Assembly: GCA_951406725.2 (NCBI GenBank)
Contig: OX597822.1
Coordinates: 5,828,001 to 5,892,000, forward strand
Direction of reading: 5' to 3'
DNA from: Octopus vulgaris
Lineage: Eukaryota
Length of the DNA: 64,000 nt
The notes beneath the pieces were generated by a model. That model had not been told where the DNA came from, made no database searches, and worked only from the letters and a program-made list of their open reading frames with translations. Below are positions 1 to 13,726 of the stretch, piece after piece. Every line of letters begins with the position of its first letter. The stretch's first letter is position 1. Position numbers and translations under genes: made by a program.

Positions 1-470
1 TGTGCAATTTATAACTAACTAGAATCTCAGCCACGCTATCCCCTTTACTAGCTATAAATGATTACGCATTTATTCAGAGAAGGAATTTACACCTTTTAAA
101 TTACCATCCACAAATGGCCACTAAGCAGAATTCTGAATTATTTATAAGTGATAGCCTCTATGAATGACAAAATGAATGAAGATAGTTCTTCGTGTCTCTG
201 CAGTAATTCCAGTGTAAAATCTAATATGGAACAATGTCATTTATGGAAACTGGCGTTAATGGTGTATTTTGCTTGAAGATATTCCATCTGTTCACAATTG
301 TTATATAGCCTGGTGTGTGCAGCAAAGAGCACCAGAAATCAGAAGTCTGTTGCATGATTTGGTTTTTAAACATTATGTGCAATATGTTTTAATCATAAGG
401 GCTAGAGATACAAAGACAGAAATCGATGTACATGCAAGCACTTACACACACACACACACACACATAGGAG

Positions 471-788
471 CACTCCGTCGGTTACGACGACGAAGGTCCC
501 AGCTGATATGATCAACGGAACAGCTTGCTCGTGGAATTAACGTGCAAGTGACTGAGCATTCCACAAACATGTGCACCTTTAACGTAGTTCTCAGGGAGAT
601 TCAGCGTGACACAGAGAGTGAGAAGGCCAGTCCTTTGAAATACAGGTACAACTCATTTTTGCCAGCTGAGTGGACTGGAGCAACGGGAAATAAAGTGTCT
701 TGCTCAAGGAGACAACGCATCGCCGGGAATCGAACTCACGACCTTACAATTGTCAGCCGAATGCCCTAACCACTAAGCCATGCGCCTT
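471..788 (-). mobile_element. tRNA-derived SINE, family B (GTCCTTGAGCAAGACACTT central block)
   Basis: Reverse strand begins AAGGCGCATGGCTTAGTGGTTAGGGC (A box) ... GAGTTCGATTCCC (B box). Near-identical copies at 888-1203 and 39207-39522. Confidence 0.85.
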
Positions 789-887
789 CACACACACACA
801 CAGAGAAAGTCACAGACATATTCAAAAATACACAGACGCACATAGAAACACACATACACACGCACATACACACACACACACACACAC

Positions 888-1203
888 ATCGTTGCTTATG
901 ACAATGAGGGTTCCAGCTAAACCAGACAACAGAACAACCTGCTTGTAAAATTAACGTGCAAGTGGCTGAGCACTCCACAGACATGTGCACCTTTAATGCA
1001 GTTCTCGTGGAGATTCAGCGTGACACAGAGAGAGACAAGGCTGGTTCTTTGAAATACAGGTGTAACTCATTTTTGCCAGGTGAATGGATTGGAGCATTGT
1101 GAAATAAAGTGTCTTGTTCAAGAACACAATGTGTTGCCAGGAAGTGAACTCATGACCTTACAACTGTGAGCTAATTATCTTAAACTCTAAGCCACATGCC
1201 TTC
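888..1203 (-). mobile_element. SINE family B, diverged adjacent copy
   Basis: Colinear with 471-788, including the flanking CACAGAGAAAGTCACAGACAT spacer, suggesting a local tandem duplication. Confidence 0.8.
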
Positions 1204-1529
1204 ATACATACACACACACAGAAACACAGAGAAAGTCACAGACATATACAAAAATACACAGACGCACATAGAAACACACATACACAAAACAGAAATACAT
1301 AATCACACATGAACTCACTGGTATGGATCTCTATTGGCTTCCATGACAAGTAGTCCATTTGCTCAATCAAATGGATTACTTACTCATTGACTTATCAATG
1401 AGTGGCTGAGTATACCATGATACTTGTGAAAGTACAAATGACCTAGTGGTTAGGGTGTTGCACGTGTAATTATAAAATCATGGTTTCTATTCCTGGATTG
1501 CACAATTTATTGATTTTTTGAGCAAAGCT

Positions 1530-1648
1530 CTGGTTCAGGGTTCAGTCCCACTGCATGGCACCTTGGACAAGTGTCTTCTACTATAGCCTCGGACTGACCA
1601 AAGCCTTGTGAGTGGATTTGGTAGACAGAAACTGAAAGAAGCCCGTTG

Positions 1649-1684
<36 letters not shown>

Positions 1685-1895
1685 CTAATGTTTGCGTGTG
1701 TGTGTTTGTCCCTCCACCATTGATTGACAACCGATGCTGGTGTGTTTACGTCCTCGTAACTTAGTGGTTTGGCAAAAAGAGGCCGAGAGAATAAGTATGA
1801 GGCTTACAAAGAGTAAGTCTTGGGGTTGATTTGCTTGACAAAAGGCGGTGCTCCACCATGGCCGCAGTCAAATGACTGAAACAAGTAAAAGAAAA
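1530..1895 (+). mobile_element. tRNA-derived SINE, family A (internal TA/TG tract, TAAAAGAG tail), 5'-truncated
   Basis: GGGTTCAGTCCC B box, TTGGACAAGTGTCTTCT block, tail GCAGTCAAATGACTGAAACAAGTAAAAG. Many copies in the window. Confidence 0.8.
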
Positions 1896-2247
1896 AAAAT
1901 AAAGCATTTCATTTCATTTCCTATTGGTCTGTGATCGTTTCAACAACTGATGTGTGGAGCCACATTGCACCTGTACTGAGTGATGTTGATTTGATGAAGT
2001 GAGTGACCGAAAGTACAACACAAGCATTTGATCATTACAAACATGCAGAGTGCTCAGCCAAAGAAAAAAAATGAGAAGCCTTCATTTGTTGTTTATGTCA
2101 AGAGAGTTCCCCCCCCCCACTCTTCTCACAACCCCGTGACATTTGTATCCTCAACTGTTTAGCATTCAAATTACTCTGCCAAATGTAATGGCTATTTATT
2201 TACATTGTCTGAAATTAATCAAACATTTTGGGCTGGATATGGTCAGT

Positions 2248-2476
2248 TTAACCCTTTAGTGTTTGCATTATTCTGCCAAAATTAATGCTATTTTATCCAA
2301 ATTGTTTTGAACTAATCATGCCTTATCTTGTAGCTATGAGATTTTGATGCGGTAGCTGTTAATTTTTAAGATGATATTGTAGGGTTGGTGTGAGAGACCA
2401 GATATGGCCAGTTTGAACATTAAACAGGCAGAATACTTTTGGCCGGATATGGCCGGTTTAAATGTTAAACAGTTAA
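2248..2476. mobile_element. piggyBac-type MITE
   Basis: TTAA-CCCTTTAG left end and TTAA at the right end. A better copy at 38053-38282 ends AAAGGG-TTAA. Confidence 0.6.
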
Positions 2477-2510
2477 ATGTGATCATCAAGAATAACATTG
2501 TTTAACAAAA

Positions 2511-2568
<58 letters not shown>

Positions 2569-2571
2569 TTT

Positions 2572-3395
2572 CTGCCTTTGGTCAATAAGTATTATTTCCT
2601 ATTTGCTTCCATCTACAAATCAAAGGAAATGACCACTATTCCCTTTCAAACATTGCTTTTGTGACCTGGACATCAATGTTTTGAAACTGACCTATTTTCC
2701 ATTACATTTCAGACACATTCAATGTTGAGTTGCTGAAGCAGAAATATCGTTATACATTTTTACTTGTTTCAGTCATTTGACTGTGGCCATGCTGGAGCAC
2801 CGCCTTTAGTTAAGCAAATCGACCCCAGGACTTATTCTTTGTAAGCCTAGTACTTATTCTATCGGTCTCTTTTGCAGAATCACTAAGTTACGGGGATGTA
2901 AACACACTAGCATCGGTTGTCAAGCGATGTTGGGAGGACAAACACACATACACATATATATATATATACATATATACGATGGGCTTCTTTCAGTTTCCGT
3001 CCACCAAACCCACTCACAAGGCTTTGGTCGGCCTGAGGCTATAGTAGAAGACACTTGCCCAAGGTGCCATGCAGTGGGACTGAACCCAGAACCATGTGGT
3101 TCGTAAGCAAGCTACTTAGCACACAGCCACTCCTATGCCTTGTAACAAATATTCTGTTCAATACCATAGATCTGCTTGTCGTTTGCTTGACCTTAACCAC
3201 TTGAGTATGATGTCCCTTAGTGACTGATAATATGTGCAACTCTAATCATGAGCAGGAGTAGAATCAAAGACATGTGTTGAGAGAGATTCTTTGGGGTTTG
3301 AATAAATGTAACAAAAGCAAAATTTGAAGGAAATATTAGCCATTTTTCACAGTTTCTAGCAGAAAGCAAATAGGAAATAACAATTGCTACCCAAG
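2572..3395 (-). repeat. Unclassified interspersed repeat interrupted by a family A SINE (~2756-3139)
   Basis: Flanks are the reverse complement of 6487-6910. Confidence 0.65.
2756..3139 (-). mobile_element. SINE family A, full length
   Basis: Reverse strand starts GGCATAGGAGTGGCTGTGTG. Same body and tail as the other family A copies. Confidence 0.85.
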
Positions 3396-3679
3396 GAATG
3401 GAGTCTGGGCAGCGCTTCAGATGGTCACCTCCTGTCAAACCATCCAACTCATGCCAGCATGAAAAAAGGAACTTTAAATGATGATGATGATGGTGATGAT
3501 GATGATGATTGTCTCACCACCATTCAGCAGTGTTGCATCCAGCTCCCTCTGATCCTGCATTAATCTTTTCACCTAATCCTTCCTTCCTTCCAAAATTATT
3601 GGTCCTAAGGAATTCCTTCTTTACTAATGTCTTTTACACAGTTACCATACAATTTCCCCCTCTACCAAAATTTCTTTCA

Positions 3680-4392
3680 CATCATCATCATCATTGTTCG
3701 ACCGTGGTCGAGATAATAGAATTTACTATGTTATGCCAGACTTCACGGTCCACCATAGCATTGCAGAGGTCCTGTTGCTGGATGCCTGTATCCCTGGAGA
3801 TTACATCAGAGTAGGAGAGTGTGCGCCCTCTGGTATTGCGAGTAGATGGCTTCCAGAGGAGAAGAGTAGAGATTACCTCGTTTTCATCTCTACAACAATG
3901 TCCAGCAAACTGGACCCTTCTACTTTTCACAAGAGATGATACAGGTGGTAGTTTCCCATATATTTGTACTTTGGTTGGATGACGCTTCCATGAGAGATTT
4001 TGAGCTCTCATAAGGAAGCAAGTGTAAGTTCTATCCAACCTATTTCTTTATTACCCACAAGGGGCTAAACACAGAGGGGACAAACAAGGACAGACATAGG
4101 TATTAAGTCGATTACATCGACCCCAGTGCGTAACTGGTACTTAATTTATCGACCCCGAAAGGATGAAAGGCAAAGTCGACCTCAGCGGAATTTGAACTCA
4201 GAACGTAGCGGCAGACGAAATACGGCTACGCCTTTCGCCCGGCGTGCTAACGTTAACCGCCTCTCAAGCTTCTTTGATAACGTCCAGGTTTCTGAGCCAT
4301 TTGGTAGAATTGGTTCGACCGTGGCTTTGAAGATTTTAAGTTTGAAATCTCTACTTAGATTTGATGACCAGATCTTATGCATATCATTACAC
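3680..4392 (-). mobile_element. RTE-like LINE 3' fragment (RT thumb/C-terminus) with (TGA)n tail, interrupted by a SINE
   Basis: Peptides FKATVEPIL..GSETWTLSKKLERRL and QFAGHCCR..LLLWKP..AMVDREVW, ending in (TGA)n. Uninterrupted copy at 47788-48238. Confidence 0.75.
4041..4254 (-). mobile_element. SINE family C (Nin/Deu-like central domain, Tx1-like 3' tail), 5'-truncated
   Basis: Contains GCCTTTCATCCTTTCGGGGTCGATAAATTAAGTACCAG and tail TTTGTCCCCTCTGTGTTTAGCCCCTTGTGGGTAATAAAGAAATA. Short AACC duplication in the RTE host. Confidence 0.85.
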
Positions 4393-4641
4393 ACTCAAAA
4401 AGAATTTATTGCAGTTGACAATTTCCCAAATAGCTGCATAGTGGGACTGAACCTGAGACAAGGCAGCTGCCATACGGATTTCTTAACCACACTGTCATCA
4501 TTGCTTCATGTATGGCAGGAGAGGATATGAAAATTTTGATGATGAAGTTGAAGACAGCGACAAAAAGGATTCTGCTATCATTAATGTTGATGATGACAAT
4601 GATACCATAACTGCTGCTGCTGATGGTGGTGGTGAAGATGT

Positions 4642-4682
<41 letters not shown>

Positions 4683-4720
4683 GCTATATTTTATATAGTA
4701 ACTATATGTACTTTAAGTAA

Positions 4721-4759
<39 letters not shown>

Positions 4760-5373
4760 CATGTAGTTAAATAAATCAATCTTTAATTTGTTATTCTACA
4801 TTTCTTATCCCAAAAGGGTAAAAAGACAAAAAAAAACCCCAAAAAAAACCTAACCCATATTTAATCTTTTCTCCTTTCTGTTTTTTTTTTCTTCTTTATA
4901 TCGTTATTTCACACTATTTCATTATTGACAAGTAAAGTAATATTTTCAAATAAACAAATAATAGCGATATGTTCAATGTGCAATATAGAATATTTAAAGT
5001 TCCAAAAAGAGAACAAAAAAAGGAAGGAAATAAACCACAAAACAAAAGCAAACAAAATAAAGAGTAAAAAAAAAGAGGACACCATTTTGAAGTTGCATTC
5101 AAATTTAATTGGTTTTTGCCAAAATATAAGTTATCATGGCAATATTATTCTTTCTTGCCTGTCAAACAAATTGAGCAAAGCTTTACTTCTTTTACTTTTT
5201 TCTTTTCTTTATTATTAGTGTTTTTTTTTTCTGTCTTTCTCTTATTCATTGTGAATCGTTCTTGCTCAGACTGATGAATCTTTCTTTTGTTTTATTTTTT
5301 TCAATGAATGGATTCCACATTTTTCTACATGATGTAGAATTATCAAATTTCCCCCATATTATTGCAGCTTGTT

Positions 5374-5375
<2 letters not shown>

Positions 5376-5405
<30 letters not shown>

Positions 5406-5450
5406 GTTGTTGTTGTTGTTGTTGTTGTTGTTCTTCTTCTTCTTCTTCTT

Positions 5451-5531
<81 letters not shown>

Positions 5532-5557
5532 ATTATTATTATTATTATCATTATTAA

Positions 5558-5590
<33 letters not shown>

Positions 5591-5604
5591 CATCATCATC
5601 ATCA

Positions 5605-5651
<47 letters not shown>

Positions 5652-5655
5652 GTTA
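5376..5655. repeat. Compound trinucleotide microsatellite (TAT/TGT/TCT/CAT)
   Basis: Direct inspection. Confidence 0.95.
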
Positions 5656-6486
5656 TCAATTATTTTTTTCTTCCATTCTTTATCCCTTCTCTGTTGGAAC
5701 AACATCTGTGAGATTAAATTTCTGAGCTATTTACTTCACTGATATGAATTTCAAACCCTTCAACATTCAGGAAATTCAGACATTTGCTTTGCGTGACACA
5801 GAATCTTTACAAATGACTCAAAAGGTGTGTTGAATATTTAGCAGGTGATGGAGAGATGGGGGTGGGGTGGGGAATTGCTTAAATGGAATTGGGATGGACA
5901 GGTATAGAAAATGAATGACAATAGGTCGACAGGCTTCTTTTTTGTACTTTCTAAGTATGGAGGGGGCAGAAGTGTTCATGGCCTGGGTAGGCTCTTCTCA
6001 AACTGGTGAGATTTATGCTATTAACATTCTTCTAGAACTTTTCCATGTTGGAGTAAGACCAAGAGGGAGTGGATTCCAGAGAGAAGAATTTTTGGAAGGA
6101 AGGATTGGTGTATTAATTAGTGCAGGTGTGATAATGGGGATGGACAGAATGAGGAGGAGTAAGAAGATGAGATATGAATGGTTCAGGAATGAGTTAGGGT
6201 GAGAAACTCTGAGACAAGGAACAGGGGTCATTATGGTTGCAGTAGAAAAGGCAGCGCAGGGAAAAAGGAAGCAATACATTTGTTGACCAGAGGTAGGAGT
6301 TTGTTTGCCTGTTGGTGATTTTAGGCCAATCACTCAGGTGGCTCCTCTGTTTAAGATCTAAAATGTGTGTGCAGTAGCAGCAGCATCTAAGATGTGAGAG
6401 AAATAGACCATCATGGGCTTTGCTTGTGCATTGCAGGGTCTCAATAACATTGTGTAGCATGATTTTTGTCCTTAGGTAGCGGTTGA

Positions 6487-6910
6487 TATTTCCTATTTGC
6501 TTACCCCTAGAAAGTGTGAAAAGTGCCTAATATTTCCTTCAAATTTTGCTATTGTTAAATTTATCCAAACCCCAAAGAATCCCTTTCAACACATGGCTAT
6601 GATGCTCCGCCACTACTGTTGCTCATGATCAGAGATGTACATATTGTCAGCCACTAAGGGACATGATCAAGTGGTTATGGTCAAGCAACTGACAAGCAAA
6701 CCTGTGGTACTGAGAAGAATATTTGCTATAACAATATTCCTGCTTCAGCAAATCAGCATTGAATCTGTCTGAAATGTAATGTAAACAGGTCAGTTTCAAA
6801 ACATTGATGTTCCGGTCACAAAAGCAATGTTTGCAGGGAATGGTAGCCACTTCTCTTTATTCCTGGATAGAAGTAAATAGGAAATGACACTTACTGACCA
6901 AAGACAAAAA
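6487..6910 (+). repeat. Unclassified interspersed repeat (inverted copy at 2572-3395)
   Basis: Sequence match to the reverse complement of the 2572-3395 flanks. Confidence 0.6.
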
Positions 6911-7284
6911 AAAAAATTTATTTTGTGACACCATGTTAAGAGCTGAATGAAGTACCTTCTTACTTGAAAGAGAAGGGTCATTCATTGGAAGGCAATCCTA
7001 CGTCAAGGACATGCTTTTGCCGGGGGAGGTCCTTGGTGATATGAGACCCAATTATTGGAATGATTTTGTGGGTTCTAGATGAAGCTGATTAAGTGGGGTG
7101 TGATGTGATGATAGTTTCTTGATTTCCTGATATGAGTTGCATTTATGGTTTCTTGCGCTATTGAATGAGACAAGATTAACATGTGTCCTCACTGGAGGAT
7201 TTCAAAGAGGAAGCAATAAATAAATAATTAAATAAATAAATAAATAAATAAATAGATAAATAGTTAGACAGAGAGGTAGACAGC

Positions 7285-7380
7285 TAGATAATAAATAGAT
7301 AACAGAAAGATAGATAGTTAGATAGATAATTAGATAGATAGATAGTTAGATAGATAGATAGAGGGATAGATAGATAGATG

Positions 7381-7438
<58 letters not shown>

Positions 7439-7440
7439 GG

Positions 7441-7519
<79 letters not shown>

Positions 7520-7544
7520 GGATAGATAGATAGATAGATAGATA
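7285..7544. repeat. (GATA)n microsatellite abutting the 3' end of Tx1 element 1
   Basis: Direct inspection. Confidence 0.95.
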
Positions 7545-7841
7545 ACATTTTATTGTAGCCACACAGGGCTAAACACAGAATAAAAATGGACGAAATACAA
7601 TGTAGAATTTTTTTCTTTTCGAGGTGGGATGGGTGGGGAAAAAAAAAAAAAAAAAAACGTTTGATCAATAGGGATCTGTGGGTTGTGTGGTGTATAAAAA
7701 AGCAATATGTATATATATATAAGGTTCACAGTTTAGGTGTAGCCTTGGAAAGAAAAACCTACAAAAAAGACCAAGGTCACCTCAGGCAATTCGAAAAAGA
7801 ACACATGAGTAAGTCGCCTTACTTCTCGTTGTCTCTTTTGG

Positions 7842-10800
7842 TTACAGATTTATGCTTAAAATAGTGTCGTCTTTCATACTGACCATTTTTGCCACTTTTA
7901 CCCACTTTTTATTAAAACATTCGTTCGACAAAGTCTTCCTCTCTATTCTCATCCTCCTTTTCAAGTGGTACTTGAAAAAGTTGACGAGAGACTGACCAGA
8001 GAGGAAGGTGTTTGTTTGCAGTCCTTTCAAACGCGTCCACCACACACATTCTTTCGCCATAGCCATCAGCGTAACGAAAACAGTTTTCCCTTCCCATTTA
8101 AAGGAAGGTGGTGGAACAATATTCACGATAGACTCGGCCGATAGGCGAGCCTGACCTACACGTGACAACAGCTGTTCGACGAAGGACCACAGCTCTGAAA
8201 TATCTGGACACTGCACGAGTGCGTGCAGAACGGTTTCGTCGCTCTGACCGCATCTCGGGCAGGTCGGTCCGGTGATGGTTTTCGAACCGTGTCTGTAGCT
8301 CTTCTCTCGAACAGGTAGTGCGTCTCGATAGCACTGCCAAGCCAGGGATTTCTGGAAGTTATCCATAGGCCCCGGCCCGAACGTCGTCCTGAACAGGCGG
8401 GTTAGGAATTCTTCGTCGACGCCCAGGTTTGCCCCGAGTGTGTCGTCGGACCTCCCCTCCACTAGTCCTCTATAGAACGCTTTAGTCGTTTGTAAGTTGC
8501 ACAAGTTTGACCCCGGTCGGCAGAGCTGCTGTAGAGCTTGGCGACACTCTCGGTGCCAATCGCCCAGTTTCGGTCTCTTTTTGATCCACGTTTGCAGTTC
8601 GGTCAGTGAGACGAGCTGCGGGAAGTCGCGCCTCACAAACGGCGCCCACACCTGTTCACCGTCGTCGATGAATTTCCAGAGATGTCGCAGTCTCAGCGCA
8701 TGCCTGCGCATCATCAACCACGGCATGCCCAGTCCTCCATTCAACGGATGTTGACAGCAAATGGACTTCCTCACCATCGGAACGCCACCCTTCCACAGGA
8801 AGCGGAAGAGTATGCGTTCCAGTTTGGTGATGGTGGCGTCGGGACAAGGTACGACGGTCAGGCGGTAATCGATGACGGATGCGATGTACGCGTTCGCCAC
8901 CTCCGCCCGGCCTTTTAGAGACAGCTTTCTCTCGGCCCATGTTTGGCTGAGAGCGACCACTCTACTCGTGATCTCGTCCCAGTTCTTATCCATTTGGAGG
9001 TCCGGACTGAACCAGACCCCGAGCAATTTAACCGGTCCGTCCGTCCAGCGTCCCACTACTGAGCCGCAGTCGGACGGCATGGGCTTGCTTCTCCAGGTGC
9101 CGAGTAGCAAACCCACTGACTTTTCCGGGTTAATCTTTGCTCCCGTCACCGTTTCGTATTTTCTTAGTGTCTCGCCTATCATCTTGATGTGTTTGTCGCT
9201 CGACACTATGACGGTGACATCGTCCGCATATGCCGACACGCTCGTCTCGCAACCCAGTTCCCGTGGGATGCCCCTCAGTGTCGCCAGCTTCCGCAGTAGC
9301 GGCTCGAGAGTCAATACATACAGAAGCGCCGACAGGGGACACCCCTGACGGACCGAACGCGTGATGTCAAACGGTTTCGACAGGTGACCGTTCACCCGAA
9401 TCACCGATCGGATGCCGCTATACAAGGCAGCGATCCAACCGCGGAAGACGGGACCGAAGCCAGCCGCCCTGAGGACGGCCGCCAAGTACCGATGGTCGAC
9501 CCTATCGAAGGCTTTAGACTGATCCAAATTTATCAGCGCCCCACCCATGCCAGGATCCTTAACTACCCTGTCCACAATGTAGCGCATCAGATGGAGGTTG
9601 TCATGTATGGTTCTGCCCGGCACGGCGCATGTTTGCGCCCTGTCGACCAGTTTACCAATGACAAGCGCCAACCTCTCGGCTATTACTTTGGCCAAAATTT
9701 TCAAATCTGCGTTGAGCAGAGTGATGGGCCTGAAATTATCTATAAAATTCCCCTTGTTTGAGTCTTTCTTCAGCAACGTCACTGCACCTCGGCTCACGAA
9801 ACTGGGGATTCTCCCGTTTTGTTGCCAGTTGCAGTAGACTGATGCCAAGAGGTCGCCAAACAAGTCTGGCATTCGACAATACAGCTCGTAGGGTAAACCA
9901 TCCAATCCAGGCGACTTATCCCTCGCGCAGCCCGCCATCGCATCCCACACGTCAGCGGCTGTGATGGGACTTTCACAACACTCCGCTTCTCTTGCCGAGA
10001 GCCGCGGCAGGTCGGTCAGGTAGGCACTGAAATCCATCCCGCGTTCCGACCCACCACTCGCACCAAACAGTCGAGCAAAGTGCTGTTGAAAGGCCTCACA
10101 CATCCTTTCGGGTTTGAGTAAACTGCATCCCTGTTGATCTATTAGAGACCGAATGGTTGATCTGTTGCCACGCTGCGCCTCCGCTACCCGGGCCTCTCGC
10201 GCAGCTTCAATCCCTTCGTTCCTTAAGGCACGCATTTTAGCTCTGACGACGCAACCTTCGTGCTTGGCGTTGAGGTGTTGGTCGAGGGCCATCCTCGCAG
10301 CCAGCACGTTGGTTGCGCTGCCAGTGGTAAGTGCCTCTTCTAGTTTCTTAACTAAGTCTCCCTCTACTCTATTTCGTTCTATCGCTAATTCCTTGCTAAA
10401 CCTAATTGATTCCGATTTTATTGCCATTTTCAGGGCGTACCACCAGCGGTTGTTAACGACCGCTCCCGTCAGCGCCCTCTTAATTAACTCGCTAATCCGG
10501 TTCCTGTAAACCTGTCGCACTAACAGCGACGTGTTCAGTTTCCAGTAACCGGGACCCTGCCTATGTGTTTTATCTAAGTCGAGCGTACACATAACAAATT
10601 TGTGATCTGTGTAGCTGACTATTTTAAATTGTGGACATCCTACACTATCCCTATCCGCTGTCCTGCATAGAATTCTATCTAGATAAGATCTCGACGATCC
10701 GACGCGGTTTGTCCAAGTCCACGTTGGCACGTTCGGATGGTCGAGTCGGAACCTGTCAGACAAATGGAAACGTCTGAGCAGGTCTTTGAGGCTCTTACAC

Positions 10801-11290
10801 CCCCTTCTATTCCTATCCCTTCCCACATAATCTAGATGCGTGTCCAAGGTAGCGTTCCAATCCCCTACTAACAGTAAAGGTCTAGACGTACCCAGGAAAA
10901 CCTCTAGACGTCTGAAGAAATCTGCCCGACCCGTTAAGGACGGTGCATAAACTGCCATCAGACGGAATGCACACCCATTTCTGCCATCCACGTCCAAGAC
11001 AACCAGCCTACCCTCCGGGTCTAGGAATATTGCTCTTACTTTTACCTTTAGACTCTTTCGAAAAGCACCGCAGTACCTCCACCACCCATGTTCGGCAGAC
11101 AGGGAGAAAAATAAATGTCAAATTGATTGCCAAACATGGACTCGAGGGCCCGCGGCTTACTGAGTCTGGTTTCACTGATAGCTACTATATCCACGTCCAG
11201 TGACTTGATGTCGTTTAGAAGGTAACCTTGCTTCCAAGCCGACGCCAAGCCACGCGCATTCACACAACCTAATTTAAGCATACTTGACAT
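7842..11290 (-). CDS. Element 1 ORF2: apurinic-like endonuclease + reverse transcriptase + CCHC zinc finger (one frameshift near 11062 joins the 80-aa and 1051-aa ORFs)
   Basis: APE motifs CVNARGL, ISET, VYAP, GDWN, SYLDR, SYTDH. RT motifs PGLDGL, FRPITLLNADLKILAK, DQSKAFDRV, RQGCPLS, YADD. Tx1-type WKLN and GGLG. C-terminal CPRC..ETVLHALVQC. Confidence 0.93.
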
Positions 11291-11347
11291 TTACGAAAAT
11301 TGTGTTTTACACACTACATTAGAAGAGACAAGAGGCAAGAAGTGAGG

Positions 11348-13224
11348 TCACTTACTCATTTTAAAAGTTTCATTTTTTTCTTCTTCTTCTTTTGTATTGT
11401 TTTTGATGAGGTGTTTGTATAGTTTTTTCGACAGGTATCGTTGATACCCGCCTACCGCATTCGGAAATATTGTTTTCAGTATGTGGTGTTGTGCTTGTGT
11501 TATGTGTAAAATTCTGATGTGTTTCGGTGGTGTGGTGTGCGGATGATTGTTTGTCTTAAAGTCATCTTCACAGATGACCATGTTAGATTTGATGTAGTCC
11601 ATTAATTCTTTATTGTCTGTGTCTATTGCAGTTAGTTGTGTGTGTGGTTTTACGAGTTCATTACTTTTTTGATTGTCTAGGGGGATGTTGTCCTGAGTTA
11701 GATATCTCCCTGCTTTACTTCGTTGTTTGGTGGATTTTTTGGATCTTTTTCTTTTACCCCTGTGGCTATTTGCCATTCCGTCGAACTTTCGTCGTCCGAC
11801 GTATCAGTATGGGGTAGAGGCAAAACATTTGCATTACTATGTATGCTTGTATAAATTGTTGATGTTTTGTGCGGTGTTTGTGTTGTTGTGGTGTTAGGGG
11901 TAGCATTTGTCTTCTCGTCAGTGTTTTCTGTCTTTTTAATTGTCGTCCTGGGTGTGGGTGTGGTCTATTTTTTGTTAATTCAACAGGTTTAATTGGTTGT
12001 GAAGTCAACGGTGATTGTGTTGGTACTGTTTTTCTTGGTGATGTTGTTGGGGTTTGTTTGCTGGTTTGTTGTTTTTCTTGGCATTGTTCCATAATTGAGT
12101 GTGTTGGTGTTGGTGTTGGCAACAAAGGGATTTTATTTGTTTTCTGATTTGTTCTTTCTTGTTTTTTCTGTACCAGATCGCACTTGGCAATCAAATGTTC
12201 GGGGCTGCTACATTTGTAGCATCTAGGCTTTGTGCCTTCTGCCACAACATATAGGCATTGCCCATTCTCCAAGTGGATCTTATCCGGTAGGCTCTCGATA
12301 GAGGCCCCTCAATCTGGATGGTCACCACTATTGTTTTCCCACCCCAAATGTCGCCAGGGTACACGGCGGTCTCCAAAATATTAATATTTTTTAAATGGTA
12401 ACAGATTGCCCCTGTTATCCATTTGTTCGGAAGCTCGGAAGGTACATTTTTAATTGTGATTCGACTCACTCTCTGGTTTTTGTAGTATGGGACCATGATG
12501 ATTTCATCATTTCCCAGAGACTCAGTAGAGTGAGCTTTTGCCACTTCCTGGTTAGGGAAGCGGACCACTACTGTGTTAAACTGGGGACCCCAGTTTATAT
12601 ACTCTTTTTCTTTCATTATGTTTTTTAAACATTTTTCCACATCAGTTTTTGTAATCTGTTCATTTAGTTTTTTGTTTTTTCTAATAATTTTATATACAAT
12701 TGTCTTATTTTCTATTTCTTGCTTTATATGTTGAGGTGTATGCAGCACTAAATCTTGTCCACGGGTTGTAAAGAGAGCTCTTGTTTCTATGAGCTCTTCA
12801 TTTGTGAATGTTACTATTTCTTTCTTCTGGCGAAGAGTGTCCGCGAAATTTACTGTTGTTGATTTTTTTGTATTAACATCTTCACTATTAGATAGTTCAT
12901 TTTTATTGTTGTTCTTGTTGTTGCTGTTGTTTTTGTCAATAGTTTTCGTGCAGTTTTATTTTTATCATTTATGTTGGTCGTGGTAGTGGTGGTGGTGGAG
13001 GTGGTGGTGGTAGCAGTTGTTGTCTCGTGGTTGCTGTTGTTAGTGGTGGTGGTAGCGGTGGTGACAGGGCTGTTACCGCACGTGGTTGCAGCGTTCATTT
13101 TACCGATATTCATATTTGCAATTTCCATGCGTACGTTCTTTTTTTTCTCTATCGTTTCCAGACTAGGAAAATGTTGTTCCATAAAAGAACGCGACCAGCG
13201 TTCAACAATTAAATTTCTAGACAT
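11348..13224 (-). CDS. Element 1 ORF1 (gag-like nucleic-acid-binding protein), split by several 1-bp frameshifts
   Basis: Pieces 12850-13224, 12191-12748, 11766-12272 and 11348-11776. Zinc knuckle CYKCSSPEHLIAKC (CX2CX4HX4C). Colinear with element 2 ORF1. Confidence 0.82.
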
Positions 13225-13423
13225 TTTCTAATGTCGAGAAGAAAATTACAGAAATGAAATGGGTTGAAACTGCCCCTAGGGGCGAATTCCTCCCTTGGAA
13301 AAGCACTCAAATGAAAGTTGGGTGCCTTACACAACTTATTTACAAACATTTACACAAAAATTGGGCTATAAATAGTCAAAATAAACGATTACCTTCGGAG
13401 TGAAACGACATGACAGCACGTCC

Positions 13424-13726
<303 letters not shown>

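Larger units (their letters stand above)
7545..13423 (-). mobile_element. Full-length Tx1-clade (L1 group) non-LTR retrotransposon, element 1 (~5.9 kb)
   Basis: 5' UTR, ORF1 with CCHC knuckle, ORF2 with APE + RT + C-terminal Zn finger, and a 3' UTR ending AGCCCTGTGTGGCTACAATAAAATGT. Bounded by GATA tracts on both sides. Confidence 0.92.

Noticed and set aside
700-788. tRNA-like sequences with A/B boxes (many in the window)
   Set aside because: These are SINE heads continuing into SINE bodies; no complete cloverleaf is supported.
5246-5742. Long ORFs of poly-I/T/R/N/L in several frames
   Set aside because: Translations of trinucleotide microsatellite.
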